Below, piece by piece: positions 31,975 to 41,704 of a DNA stretch of 64,000 bases (position 1 is its first letter; every line of letters begins with the position of its first letter). A model generated the notes under the pieces. That model made no database searches. It was given only the letters and a program-made list of their open reading frames with translations, and had not been told where the DNA came from. The translations under genes and the position numbers were made by a program. The stretch is from an uncultured Gemmatimonadales bacterium (GTDB lineage Bacteria > Gemmatimonadota > Gemmatimonadetes > Gemmatimonadales > Gemmatimonadaceae): NCBI GenBank assembly GCA_963851265.1, contig CAWKNZ010000003.1:128001-192000 (forward strand), written 5' to 3'.

Positions 31975-32745
31975 ATGCCCCGTCCCACCGGTCTCACCAG
32001 CGCCGCGGGCGCGCTCCGCTACTGGGAGCGCCGCCAGGAAATCGTCGCCAACAACCTCGCCAACACATCGACGGACGGTTTCAAGGGCGACCGCGGCTAC
32101 GCGCGCCTCGTCGGCACCGGCACCGCGGGCGAGAGCACGGTCGTCCAGAGCGCGGTCGACCAGAGCGCGGGCACGCTCCGCGAAACGCACAACCCGCTCG
32201 ACCTCGCGCTGCAGTCGGGCGGATTCTTCGTCGTCCAGCCTCGTGCGGGCCAGGGCGCCGCGGGCAAGAGCGCCGCGGGTCAGGCCGCCGCGGGCGAGCG
32301 CTGGACGCGTGCGGGGTCGTTCCAGCTCGACGCCAACCGGCAACTCGTCGACGCGGACGGCGCGGCCGTGTTAGGCACGACCGGCCCGATCACCGTCCCG
32401 CCCGACACCACCGTGTCCGTCGGCCCCGACGGCACCGTGCGCGCGAGCGGCGCCGACGGCGGCAGCCGCGTCGTCGCGCAGCTGCGCGTCGAGCGCGCGC
32501 CGGCCGGCGCCTCGCTCGCCCACGACGGCGCGACCCGCTTCGTGCCCGACCCCGCACGCCAGAGCGTGCCGCCCGCCGAGCGCCGCGTGCGCCAGGGATT
32601 CGTCGAGGAGAGCAACGTCACCCCCATCGGCGCCCTCGTCGACATGATCGCCGTCCAGCGCGCCTACGCCTCGGTGCAGAAGGCCGTCACGACGATCGAC
32701 GCCGTGCGCGGCGTCGCGACGAGCGAACTCGGCAAGCCCGTCTGA
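31975..32745 (+). CDS. flgF: Flagellar basal-body rod protein FlgF
   Basis: QEIVANNLANTSTDGFK, NPLDLAL, TRAGSF, QGFVEESNV. Confidence 0.9.
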   Translation: MPRPTGLTSAAGALRYWERRQEIVANNLANTSTDGFKGDRGYARLVGTGTAGESTVVQSAVDQSAGTLRETHNPLDLALQSGGFFVVQPRAGQGAAGKSAAGQAAAGERWTRAGSFQLDANRQLVDADGAAVLGTTGPITVPPDTTVSVGPDGTVRASGADGGSRVVAQLRVERAPAGASLAHDGATRFVPDPARQSVPPAERRVRQGFVEESNVTPIGALVDMIAVQRAYASVQKAVTTIDAVRGVATSELGKPV

Positions 32746-32770
32746 CCGCCCCCTCCCCAGAGCCCCGCCC

Positions 32771-33568
32771 ATGGATCCCGCGCTCCGCGCCGCCGCGAGC
32801 GGCATGATGGCCCAGCAGACCCGCAGCGAGGTCATCGCCAACAACCTCGCCAACGTCAACACGACCGGCTTCAAGCGGAGCCGCGCGCAGTTCGAGGACC
32901 TGCTCTACCAGACGGTCCAGGGCGCCGCCGTGATCGGCGCGTCGGAGAGCCAGACCACGCCCGCCGTGCAGGTCGGCCGCGGCACCCGCCTCACCGCGGT
33001 CACCCGGCTGCACACGCAGGGCATCCTCGAGACCACCAACCGCCCGCTCGACGTCGCGATCGAGGGGGAGGGCTTCTTCCAGGTCCAGACCGGCAGCGGC
33101 AGCGGCTCGCTCGCCTACACGCGCGACGGCTCGTTCCAGATCAGCGACCAGGGCGTGCTCGTGACGAGCGAGGGCTACACGGTCCAGCCGTCCATCCGCA
33201 TCCCCTCCGACGCGACCACCGTGTCGGTGTCGCGCACCGGCGTCGTCACCGCGACCCGCGGCAACGACACGTCCAAGCCCCAGGAGCTCGGCCGCATCGA
33301 ACTCGCGCGCTTCGTCAACCCCGCCGGGCTGCAGACCAACGGGCAGAACCTCTACTCGCCCACGCCGGCGAGCGGCGAGGCGCAGGCCGGCTTTCCCGGC
33401 GACGACGGCATCGGCTCGCTCGTCCAGGGTTCGCTCGAGGGGAGCAACGTCGAGATCGTGCAGGAGATGGTCGACATGATCACCGCCATGCGCGCCTACG
33501 AGATCAACTCGAAGGCGATCAAGAACAGCGAGGACATGTCCGACATCGCCGGGAACCTGGTGAAGTGA
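32771..33568 (+). CDS. flgG: Flagellar distal rod protein FlgG
   Basis: IANNLANVNTTGFK..FEDLLYQ, YTRDGSF, LEGSNVEIVQEMVDMI..RAYEINSK. Confidence 0.96.
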   Translation: MDPALRAAASGMMAQQTRSEVIANNLANVNTTGFKRSRAQFEDLLYQTVQGAAVIGASESQTTPAVQVGRGTRLTAVTRLHTQGILETTNRPLDVAIEGEGFFQVQTGSGSGSLAYTRDGSFQISDQGVLVTSEGYTVQPSIRIPSDATTVSVSRTGVVTATRGNDTSKPQELGRIELARFVNPAGLQTNGQNLYSPTPASGEAQAGFPGDDGIGSLVQGSLEGSNVEIVQEMVDMITAMRAYEINSKAIKNSEDMSDIAGNLVK

Positions 33569-34032
33569 TGCGGCCGCAATCGCCACGCCTCCGCCGCGCC
33601 CTGCGTTGGGCGCCCCTCCCGCTCCTCGGCGCCGGCCTCGCCGACGCGCGCGCGCTCGCGGCGCAGCCGACGCCCGCCGCCGTCGCACAGGGCCCGCGCG
33701 CCGCGCGCGCCCTCGCCCGCGGCGAGTCGCTCGCCGCGGGCGACATCGTCGCCGCACCGGGCGACACGCTCGCCCCGCGGCTCGTCGGCTGGACCACGCG
33801 ACGCGTGATCGCCGCGGGCGAGGTGCTCCACGCGCCCGCCGTCGCGCCGCCCGCCGCCGTGCGCGCGGGCGACCACGTCGCCGTCGTCTACCAGCAGTCC
33901 GGCGTCGCGCTCCGGCTCGCGGGCACCGCGGCCGCCGACGCCGCGTTAGGCGCCCGCGTGGCCGTGCGCGTCGACACGCGCCGCCGCTTCGAGGGCACCG
34001 TCACGGCGCCCGGCGTGGTGACGCTGCCGTGA
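33568..34032 (+). CDS. flgA: P-ring formation chaperone FlgA (short)
   Basis: Signal peptide, SAF-like ARALARGESL, VRAGDHV..LAGTA..LGARVAVR; between flgG and flgH. Confidence 0.85.
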   Translation: MRPQSPRLRRALRWAPLPLLGAGLADARALAAQPTPAAVAQGPRAARALARGESLAAGDIVAAPGDTLAPRLVGWTTRRVIAAGEVLHAPAVAPPAAVRAGDHVAVVYQQSGVALRLAGTAAADAALGARVAVRVDTRRRFEGTVTAPGVVTLP

Positions 34033-34727
34033 GCCCGGCCGCCCGCCTCACCGCCGTCGCGATCGTGCTCACGCTCGAGCCAGGGATCGCGCGCTCACAA
34101 CCGCCCGCGGGCCGGGCGCCCGCGGGCGGGCCGGCCGCGGCTGCGGCCGCCCCCGCCGCGACGACCGCCGCGTCCGCCGAGCCCGCACCGACGTTCGCCC
34201 CCACGGCGGCCCCCCTCCGCCCGGGCCTCCGCGCCTGGACGCAGGACCGCCGCGACTTCGGGGTCGGCGACATCCTCACCGTGCTCGTCGACGATTACAC
34301 GATCTCGACGGCCATCAAGGACGACATCGACTCGCAGCGCCGTACGCGCGACCTCGGCCTCACGATCAGCAAGCCCGGCGGCGGCCTGTCCACGTCGGCC
34401 GGCCTCAGCTCCAACAACAACGCCGACGCCGAGAACCGCGGCGAGGCGCGCCGCGAAAACCGCTTCCAGAGCGAGATGAGCGTGCGCATCGTTGGTGTAT
34501 CGCCCAACGGCACGCTACAGGTACGGGGGCTGCGCCGCATCAACGTGGACAAGGGCATGCAGGACGTCACCCTCGCGGGCTACGTTCGCCCGCAAGACGT
34601 CTCGGCCGCCAACACGGTCGAAAGCTCCCGCCTCGCCGACGTCCAGCTCACGTACCAGTCGCCCGGCCCGCTCGGCAAGCCGAAGCAGGGCATGCTCACC
34701 CGCATCATCAGCATCTTCTGGCCCTGA
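34029..34727 (+). CDS. flgH: Flagellar L-ring protein FlgH
   Basis: DRR..VGDILTVLV, PNGTLQVRG, GYVRPQDV..NTVESSRLAD, C-terminal FWP. Confidence 0.92.
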   Translation: MSPAARLTAVAIVLTLEPGIARSQPPAGRAPAGGPAAAAAAPAATTAASAEPAPTFAPTAAPLRPGLRAWTQDRRDFGVGDILTVLVDDYTISTAIKDDIDSQRRTRDLGLTISKPGGGLSTSAGLSSNNNADAENRGEARRENRFQSEMSVRIVGVSPNGTLQVRGLRRINVDKGMQDVTLAGYVRPQDVSAANTVESSRLADVQLTYQSPGPLGKPKQGMLTRIISIFWP

Positions 34728-34735
34728 CCGCGCCG

Positions 34736-36169
34736 ATGCTCCGCGCCCTCGCCTACCGCATCCTCGCCGTGTTTCGGCGCCCGCGCGCCGCCGCTCCGGC
34801 CGCGCGCCCCGACTACGCCGCGATCGGCCGCGCCCTCGCCGCCGAGGACGCGCGCCGGCTCGCCGCACGCCGCGCCACCGACGCCGCCACGCGCGCCGCC
34901 CTGCTCCGACTCGCCCCCGACGGTGCGCAGGCCCGCGCCGATGCCGCGCGCCAGAGCGCGGCCGGTGCCGCCGGCGCCGCCGCGGGCACCGCGCCCGGCG
35001 ACCGCCCCGTCGCCTTCCGCGTTCCGGGGGTTGCCGACCGCGAGCGGCTCACGCCTCCCATCGGCGTCGACGTCGTGCGCGACGCGACCACGCGCGGCCG
35101 CCGCTACACCCTCGCCTTCCTCTCGGCCGTGACCGCCCTCGCCGCGGCCCTCGGCGGCGCCCGCCCGGCCGCCGCGCAGGACGCGACCGGCGTGCGCATC
35201 CGCGACCTCACCCTCGCCGACGGGGCCGCCCCGATTCGGCTCATGGGTTACGGGCTCGCCGTCGGGCTCGACGGCTCCGGCGACCGCTCGGTCGGCGGTG
35301 GGGGCGGCGGGATGACGGTGCAGAGCGTCGTCAACCTGCTCCGCAACTTCAACGTCGAGGTGCCCGCGGGGCTCGTGCGGACGCGCAACGCCGCCGCGGT
35401 GCTCGTGACGGCCGAGGTGTCGCCGTACCTGCGCGCGGGCGGCCGGTTCGAGGTACAGGTCGCCTCGCTCGGCGATGCGCGCTCGCTACGCGGCGGTCTG
35501 CTCTACATGACGCCCCTGCTCGCCGAGGCCGGCGGCCGGCCCGTCGCCGCCGCCCAGGGCGCGCTGATGATCTCGGACGGCTCCGACCCGCGCAACCGCT
35601 TCGGGCCGCCCACGGTCGAGACGACCGTGCGCCTTCCCGGCGGCGGTCAGCTCGAAGCCGACCTGCCGCGCCCGACGCTCGCCCAGAGCAACCGCCTCCT
35701 CCTGCGCGAACCCGACATCGGCACCGCGACGAAGATCGCCGCGGCCGTGAACGCGGCGATGGGGCCAACCGCCGCCGCCGTCGAGGATCCGGGCTCCATC
35801 ACGCTCAACCTGCCGGCAGCCGGGCGTGCGGCGGCCCTCGCCCGGCTCGGCGATCTGCGCGTCACCCCGGACCGTGCTGCCCGCGTCGTCATCGACGCGC
35901 GCGACGGAACGGTCGTCGCCGGCGGCGACCTCGCGGTCGGCGCCGCAGTGGTGAGCCACGGCGCGATCACGCTCTCGATCGCCGCCGGCGGCGCCGCGCC
36001 CAGCGCGCCGAACGCCCCGTCGGGCGACGTGCGGGTCGCGCCGGGCACGTCCGTGCAGCAGATCGCGGCCGCGCTCCACGCGGTGCAGACTCCTGCCAGC
36101 GACATCGCCGCCATCTTTGCCGCGCTCCGCGAAGTCGGCGCGCTGGCGGCAGAGGTCGTGGTGCGGTGA
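34736..36169 (+). CDS. flgI: Flagellar P-ring protein FlgI
   Basis: RIRDL..LMGYGLAVGLDGSGD, NAAAVLVTA, GDARSLRGG, RVVIDARDGTVV; alternative start 35075. Confidence 0.94.
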   Translation: MLRALAYRILAVFRRPRAAAPAARPDYAAIGRALAAEDARRLAARRATDAATRAALLRLAPDGAQARADAARQSAAGAAGAAAGTAPGDRPVAFRVPGVADRERLTPPIGVDVVRDATTRGRRYTLAFLSAVTALAAALGGARPAAAQDATGVRIRDLTLADGAAPIRLMGYGLAVGLDGSGDRSVGGGGGGMTVQSVVNLLRNFNVEVPAGLVRTRNAAAVLVTAEVSPYLRAGGRFEVQVASLGDARSLRGGLLYMTPLLAEAGGRPVAAAQGALMISDGSDPRNRFGPPTVETTVRLPGGGQLEADLPRPTLAQSNRLLLREPDIGTATKIAAAVNAAMGPTAAAVEDPGSITLNLPAAGRAAALARLGDLRVTPDRAARVVIDARDGTVVAGGDLAVGAAVVSHGAITLSIAAGGAAPSAPNAPSGDVRVAPGTSVQQIAAALHAVQTPASDIAAIFAALREVGALAAEVVVR

Positions 36170-36591
36170 CCGCGCCCATCTCGGGGCCGACCGGCGGTTC
36201 GGCGGCGGGGGCGACGGCCGCCCGCGCGGACGCCGAGGACGCCAAGCTGCGCAACGCCGCGCGCCAGCTCGAAGGCGTGTTCACGCAGCAACTGTTCAAG
36301 GCCATGCGCGCCACCGTGCCCGAGGGCCAGGGCGAGATCGGCGACAGCGGCGGCGCGCAGGACATGTTCACCGGCCTGCTCGACGAACGCCTCGCCAACG
36401 ACCCGCGCGCGTCGAGCACGCACGGCATCGGCGACGCGATCTACCACCACCTGCTCCGCGTGCGCGGCGGCCAGCACTCGGCGACGCAGCCCGACTCCGC
36501 CCAGCCCACCGCGGCACCCAACGCCGCCCCGCCGTCGCCCGCCGGCGTGACCATGCCGGCCGGCGGGGCGTCGTTGCGTGCGACGCGGTAG
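36166..36591 (+). CDS. flgJ: FlgJ, rod-binding domain only
   Basis: KLRNAARQLEGVFTQQLFKAMRATVP..MFTGLLDERLA; 141 aa, no muramidase domain. Confidence 0.9.
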   Translation: MTAPISGPTGGSAAGATAARADAEDAKLRNAARQLEGVFTQQLFKAMRATVPEGQGEIGDSGGAQDMFTGLLDERLANDPRASSTHGIGDAIYHHLLRVRGGQHSATQPDSAQPTAAPNAAPPSPAGVTMPAGGASLRATR

Positions 36592-36627
36592 CACGAGCCC
36601 GTCGCGCACTCTCCCGCCCCGCCGGTC

Positions 36628-37158
36628 ATGGTCACGCTGCCCCTTCCCACCACCGCCCCGCCGTCCGCCGCTCCGGCCACCGGGGCGGCACCGGCCGTCG
36701 TCGCCGCCCTGCTCGAGGCGCTCCGCACCGAGCAGCGCCTCGTCGACGACCTGGCGGCGACGATGCGGCAGCAGCGCTCCGCGGTCGGCGGCGACGACCT
36801 CGAAACGGTCGACGACACGGTCTTCGCGACGCACCGCCTGCTCGCGACCCTCGGCCAGGCGCGGCTGCGACGTCGGCAGCTCGGGCGGCTGGTCGCCGGC
36901 AGTGACGACATGCCGATCCGCCACCTACGCGAGCGCGCCGCGGCCGCGGCCGGGAGCGAGCCCACCGCCGACGCGCTCTGCGGCGCGTGCGACGCCCTCC
37001 TCGCCAGCGCGGCCGTGCTCGCCCGCGAGGTCGACATGAACCGCCGCGTGCTCCGCGAGGCGCTCGCCGGCGGCGACGCACACGCGCGCGCGCTCCGCGG
37101 GCTCCCCGCCGCGATGCCCGCCGGCGGCGCCGCGGCGATGGTCGACCGGCGCGCCTGA
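36628..37158 (+). CDS. flgN: FlgN-like export chaperone
   Basis: Helical protein with REVDMNRRVL; directly upstream of flgK. Confidence 0.7.
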   Translation: MVTLPLPTTAPPSAAPATGAAPAVVAALLEALRTEQRLVDDLAATMRQQRSAVGGDDLETVDDTVFATHRLLATLGQARLRRRQLGRLVAGSDDMPIRHLRERAAAAAGSEPTADALCGACDALLASAAVLAREVDMNRRVLREALAGGDAHARALRGLPAAMPAGGAAAMVDRRA

Positions 37159-37168
37159 GACGCCGCCC

Positions 37169-38716
37169 ATGTCGCTCACCTCCGTCCTCGGCACCGCCCG
37201 CTCCGCGCTCACCGCGCAGCAGGTCGTCATCGACACCGCGGGCCACAACATCGCCAACGCGCAGACCGCCGGGTACGCGCGCCAGACGGTCGACCTCTCG
37301 GCCTCCGTCGCGCAGCAGTTGACGTACGGCACCATCGGCTCCGGGGTGCAGGTCGCCACCATCACGAGCGCGCGCGACGCGCTGCTCGACGGGACGGTGC
37401 GCCAGGAGCAGGGGAACGCGAGCGCGTCCACGCAACGGCAGTCGTTGCTGAATTCCGTGCAGGACATCCTCGGCGAACCGTCGGACACGGGACTCGCGTC
37501 GGCGATGGACGCGTTCTGGTCCGGCTGGTCCGACCTCGCTGCGCAGCCGACGAGCGGGGCGGCGAAGGCCGTGGTCGTGCAGCGCGGCGCGGCCGCGGCG
37601 ACGATCCTCAACCAGTTCGACGGCCGTCTGAGCGACCTGCGCGCGCAGACCACGCAGTCGCTCGACAGCAACCTCACGCAGGTCAACACGCTCGCCAAGC
37701 AGATCGCCGACCTCAACGGCCGCATCGCCTCGGCGGAAGTGGGCGGCCACGAGGCCAACGATCTGCGCGACGCGCGAGGCACGGCGATCGACCAGCTCTC
37801 GGCGTTCGGCACCGTGCGGACCACCGCGAAGCCCAACGGCTCCACCGAGGTGACGTTCGGCAACTACGCGCTCGTCACCGACATCGGTGCCCGTCAGCTG
37901 CAGCGCACGACCGACGTCGAAGGCAAGGTCGCACTCGCGTTCACCGACCAGCCGTCCCAGCCGTTGCAGGCGGCCGGCGGGTCGACGCAGGCGATGACCG
38001 ACTTCCTCAACGGCGGCGCGCAGCGGGTGCAGGACCAGCTCGACGCGCTGGCCAACCAGCTCGCGACGTCGGTCAACCGGGTCGCGGCGCAGGGGAAGGA
38101 CGCGTCCGGCGCGGGCGCGCAGTCGTTCTTCGTGAGCACGCTCGGCGGCACGTTCGTGCCCGGTGCCAACCCGTACACGGTGCCGCCCACGGACGGCACC
38201 GTCACCGCGCGCACGATCACCGTCAACGCCGCGCTGGTCGCCGACGCGTCGGGCGTTCCCACGTCGTCGTCCGCGCAGCAGCCGAACGGCAACGACGTGG
38301 CCCTCGCGCTCGCGGGGCTGCGGACGTCCGCCACCGCGGCGGTCGGCGGCGTGTCGGTCGCCTTCACGCTGCCTGACCGTTCGGCGCCGCCGACGGTCGC
38401 GACGACCACGATGGGCGGCACGACCGTCACCACCACCACGCCCGCGATGGGCGCCGCGTCGGCCCCGACCTCGTTCGCCGACTTCTACAACGGCACGGTC
38501 ACCTCGCTCGGCGTCGACGTCAAGGCGGCGACCGACGACGCGTCGGTGCACACCGCCCTCGCCGACCAGGCCAGCGCGCGCCGGCAGAGCACCGAGGGCG
38601 TGAACACCGACGAGGAGCTGACGAACCTCATGCAGGCACAGCAGGCGTACGCCGCCGCCGCCAAGATCGTCACCACCGTCAGCGACATGATGAAGACGCT
38701 CGTGGAGATGATCTGA
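37169..38716 (+). CDS. flgK: Hook-associated protein FlgK
   Basis: TAGHNIANAQTAGYARQ, ANDLRDAR, GVNTDEELTNLMQAQQAYAAAAK. Confidence 0.95.
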   Translation: MSLTSVLGTARSALTAQQVVIDTAGHNIANAQTAGYARQTVDLSASVAQQLTYGTIGSGVQVATITSARDALLDGTVRQEQGNASASTQRQSLLNSVQDILGEPSDTGLASAMDAFWSGWSDLAAQPTSGAAKAVVVQRGAAAATILNQFDGRLSDLRAQTTQSLDSNLTQVNTLAKQIADLNGRIASAEVGGHEANDLRDARGTAIDQLSAFGTVRTTAKPNGSTEVTFGNYALVTDIGARQLQRTTDVEGKVALAFTDQPSQPLQAAGGSTQAMTDFLNGGAQRVQDQLDALANQLATSVNRVAAQGKDASGAGAQSFFVSTLGGTFVPGANPYTVPPTDGTVTARTITVNAALVADASGVPTSSSAQQPNGNDVALALAGLRTSATAAVGGVSVAFTLPDRSAPPTVATTTMGGTTVTTTTPAMGAASAPTSFADFYNGTVTSLGVDVKAATDDASVHTALADQASARRQSTEGVNTDEELTNLMQAQQAYAAAAKIVTTVSDMMKTLVEMI

Positions 38717-38949
38717 TGCTGATTCTCGGACGGAAACCCGGCGACACCGTCGTCATCGACGGCGGCATCACGATCGTCGTGCTCGCCTGCGAGAAGGGGG
38801 GCGTGCGCCTCGGCTTCTCCGCGCCCAGCGACGTCACGATCCTGCGCGGCGAGATCCTGCGTCAGGTCGCCGACGAGAACCGCCGCGCGGTCGCCGCGCC
38901 GACCGGCGCCGCGCGCGCGCTCGCCGCGCTCCTCCCCGCGACCGCCTGA
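38716..38949 (+). CDS. csrA: Carbon storage regulator CsrA
   Basis: MLILGRKPGD..VRLGFSAPSDVTILRGEI. Confidence 0.92.
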   Translation: MLILGRKPGDTVVIDGGITIVVLACEKGGVRLGFSAPSDVTILRGEILRQVADENRRAVAAPTGAARALAALLPATA

Positions 38950-38959
38950 GGGAGTTCCG

Positions 38960-40081
38960 CTACTCGCCGCCGTCGATGCGGAAGAGTTGGGTCGTCAGCG
39001 CCTTCGGGTTCTGCGGCTTGTACCAGTTCATGTCCTGGATGTGCGAGGCGGTCACGTAGACCGCGCCGTCCGGGCCCTGTGAGAACGTGTCGGGCCAGCG
39101 CAGCCGCGCGTCGCTCACGACCGGCGTCAATCGGCCGTCGGCCTCACGCACCTTCACCGCGTTGTCCTCGGGCGCGGAGACGTACAGCCGCCCCGCGGGC
39201 GTCATCCACAGCCCGTCGGCCACGTTCGTCGTCCCCACGCGCTCGACCCGGGCGGCCAGCGCGGCGGGCGCCAGGGAGGCGTCGCGCAGCGCGGCGGTGG
39301 CGATGCGGTAGAGCGTGCGGCCGGTGAGGGCCTGGTAGTACAGGTACTGCCCGTCGGGCGAGAGCGCGATCCCGTCCGACGCGAACTCGACGCCGCGTCC
39401 GTCGGGGCGGCGCAGCTCGCGCCCGTCCGCATGCACCACGACGTCCTTCTCCGCCTGCACACTCGGGTGCGCCGACAGAAGGCGGCGCGCCGTGCCCGCC
39501 TGCAGGTCGACCACGACCAGCGCGCCCTGCCCGCCCGAGTCGGTGATGTAGGCGGTGCCGCCGTCGGGGCTGAAGCGCACGTCGTTCAGGTACGACCCGT
39601 TAGGCGCGACGGTCGTGTCGAAGCGGATCGTCTGCGCGGGGCGGTTGCTCGCGAGGTCGATGCGCACCAGCTTCGGCCCGCCCGGCACGAGTGCGCCGTT
39701 CCCCGGCGCCGCCGGGTCGAGCACCCAGAGGTTCCCGCGCCGGTCGGCCACGACGCTCTGCACGCACACGAAGTGCGCGCCGGCCGCGAGCTGGTTCTTC
39801 TTCGCGTTCCGCCACGCGTTCCACTCGGCGTCGGGGTACGGGCGCACGCTCCCGTCCTTCATCACCTCCGCGACCGACACCGGCGCGTCTTCCGTCCAGC
39901 GCGGGAAGTTGACGAAGATGCGGCCGTCGGGCGCGACCGACACGCCGGTCACCTGGTGGCCGAACGTCGCGACCTGCGTGAGGCGTGCCGGCGCGCCACG
40001 CGCGGCAGCACGGGGCGCGAGGCGGGGGGCGGCTGCGAGGACGGCAGCGGCCGCGAGCGAAGCGACGGTGAACTTGGTCAT
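38960..40081 (-). CDS. Major royal jelly/SMP-30-like beta-propeller protein, secreted
   Basis: GRIFVNFPRW, LWVLD, YLNDVR, AYITDSG, DGIALSPDG, WPD. Confidence 0.85.
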   Translation of the reverse strand: MTKFTVASLAAAAVLAAAPRLAPRAAARGAPARLTQVATFGHQVTGVSVAPDGRIFVNFPRWTEDAPVSVAEVMKDGSVRPYPDAEWNAWRNAKKNQLAAGAHFVCVQSVVADRRGNLWVLDPAAPGNGALVPGGPKLVRIDLASNRPAQTIRFDTTVAPNGSYLNDVRFSPDGGTAYITDSGGQGALVVVDLQAGTARRLLSAHPSVQAEKDVVVHADGRELRRPDGRGVEFASDGIALSPDGQYLYYQALTGRTLYRIATAALRDASLAPAALAARVERVGTTNVADGLWMTPAGRLYVSAPEDNAVKVREADGRLTPVVSDARLRWPDTFSQGPDGAVYVTASHIQDMNWYKPQNPKALTTQLFRIDGGE

Positions 40082-40130
40082 GCGCGCTGCCCCGGGCAGA
40101 GCCCATGCCGGCGGTGCCGCGCGTGGTCGA

Positions 40131-40742
40131 TCAGGCGCCCGCGTGTTGCATCACTTCGAACCGCGGCAACAGCACGCCCTGCCCCGCCGCCGCTCCCAGC
40201 AGCCACGCGGCAGCGGCGACCGCGTCCGGCGCGACCGCGGGGTCGGCCCGCACCTCGACGCCACGCTCGTCCACGTGCGCCCGGAGCGTGACCGCATCCC
40301 CCTCGACACCCGCCAGCAACACGACCAGGGCCTGCAGCAGCGCCGCCCGCGACGCCAGCACCGGCGGTGCCTCGCTCACGCCCTCGCACGCCGCACCCGC
40401 GTCCGGCGCGCCTCCGAGGTGTGCCCGCAGCGCGACGGCCTGTGCGACGACTTCGTGCAGCACCACCGGCTCCGGCGCGGCCTCGTCCCCGAACGGGTCC
40501 GCGGCGAGGAGCCGAAACTCTGCGAGCAGCAGCTCGAGCCGCTCCGCCTCGCCCTCCAGCACCCGGCCGGCCACCTCCGCGCTGCCTGCCGCGAGAATGC
40601 CGCCCGCGGCGACGACCGTGCCGATGCGGTTGCTCAAGGTGTGGACGAGGCCACGGAGGACCGCGTCGCGGGCGGCCGCCCACCGGAGCACGACGGCCGG
40701 ACTCACCGGCGCCGCAGGCCGTGCCGCGTCGGCGCTACGCAT
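40131..40742 (-). CDS. Hypothetical protein resembling a degenerate histidine-kinase core
   Basis: LRGLVHTLSNR H-box-like and LLQALVVLL N-box-like segments; no G boxes. Confidence 0.55.
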   Translation of the reverse strand: MRSADAARPAAPVSPAVVLRWAAARDAVLRGLVHTLSNRIGTVVAAGGILAAGSAEVAGRVLEGEAERLELLLAEFRLLAADPFGDEAAPEPVVLHEVVAQAVALRAHLGGAPDAGAACEGVSEAPPVLASRAALLQALVVLLAGVEGDAVTLRAHVDERGVEVRADPAVAPDAVAAAAWLLGAAAGQGVLLPRFEVMQHAGA

Positions 40743-40746
40743 CGGG

Positions 40747-40774
40747 TCCAGCGCGGCGCTTCTGTGGCCGATAC
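40747..40774 (+). promoter_or_regulatory. Putative sigma-28 promoter of motAB
   Basis: TCCAG-N15-GCCGATAC, about 70 bp upstream of motA. Confidence 0.5.
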
Positions 40775-40843
40775 TCCACACCGTTCGGCCCCCTCTCGTC
40801 CTCTAGCGGGACGTCGCTCCCCCGCACTGCCGCCCCCCGCCCC

Positions 40844-41701
40844 GTGTTCGTCGCCATCGGACTGCTGATCGTTTTCGGAAGCGTTATCGGCGGGTTCGTC
40901 ATGAACCACGGCCAGGTCGGCGTTCTCATCCAGGTCAACGAGTTTATCGTCATCGGCGGCGCCGCGCTCGGCGCGTTCGTGATCGCCAACGGGTTCGGCG
41001 CGCTCAAGGGCGCGCTCATGTCCACGATCGGGCTGCTCAAGCCCAACCCGTACGCCAAGGCCGGCTATTCCGAGCTGCTGCAGGTGCTCTACGAGACGTT
41101 CCAGAAGGCGCGCAAGGACGGTCTCGTCGGCCTCGAGTCGCACATCGAGGAGCCGGAGAAGAGCGACATCTTCTCCAAGTTCCCCGGCTTCGCGCACCAC
41201 CACCACGCGCTCTCGATGCTCGCCGACACCCTCAAGGTGCTGCTCTCGGGCGCGGTCGAGGACCACAACCTCGCCGAGATCCTCGACCTCGACCTCGACC
41301 AGCAGCTCGAGGCGAGCATGCACATCCCGCACGCCATCAACGGCGTGTCCGACGCGATGCCCGGGTTCGGGATCGTCGCCGCGGTGCTCGGCATCATCGT
41401 GACGATGGGCGCGATCGGCGGTGCGGCGAGCGAGATCGGCGAGCACGTGGCCGCGGCGCTCGTCGGCACGTTCGTCGGCATCCTCGTGTCGTACGGAGTG
41501 CTCGGCCCACTCGCCAAGGCCATCGAGGGGCGCGTGAAGGCGGAGCACGCGTACATGTGCTGCATCCGCACGGCGCTGCTCTCGTTCGCCCGGGGCGATG
41601 CGCCGATGACCGCGGTCGAGTTCGCGCGGCGCAACATCGACCCGCACGAGCGCCCGAGCTTCTCGGAGCTCGAGGGGCTCACGCGCAAGAAGGCCGCCTA
41701 A
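40844..41701 (+). CDS. motA: Flagellar stator protein MotA
   Basis: ARKDGLVGLE, MPGFGIVAAVLG, AAALVGTFVGI, AVEFARR. Confidence 0.96.
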   Translation: MFVAIGLLIVFGSVIGGFVMNHGQVGVLIQVNEFIVIGGAALGAFVIANGFGALKGALMSTIGLLKPNPYAKAGYSELLQVLYETFQKARKDGLVGLESHIEEPEKSDIFSKFPGFAHHHHALSMLADTLKVLLSGAVEDHNLAEILDLDLDQQLEASMHIPHAINGVSDAMPGFGIVAAVLGIIVTMGAIGGAASEIGEHVAAALVGTFVGILVSYGVLGPLAKAIEGRVKAEHAYMCCIRTALLSFARGDAPMTAVEFARRNIDPHERPSFSELEGLTRKKAA

Positions 41702-41704
41702 CCC

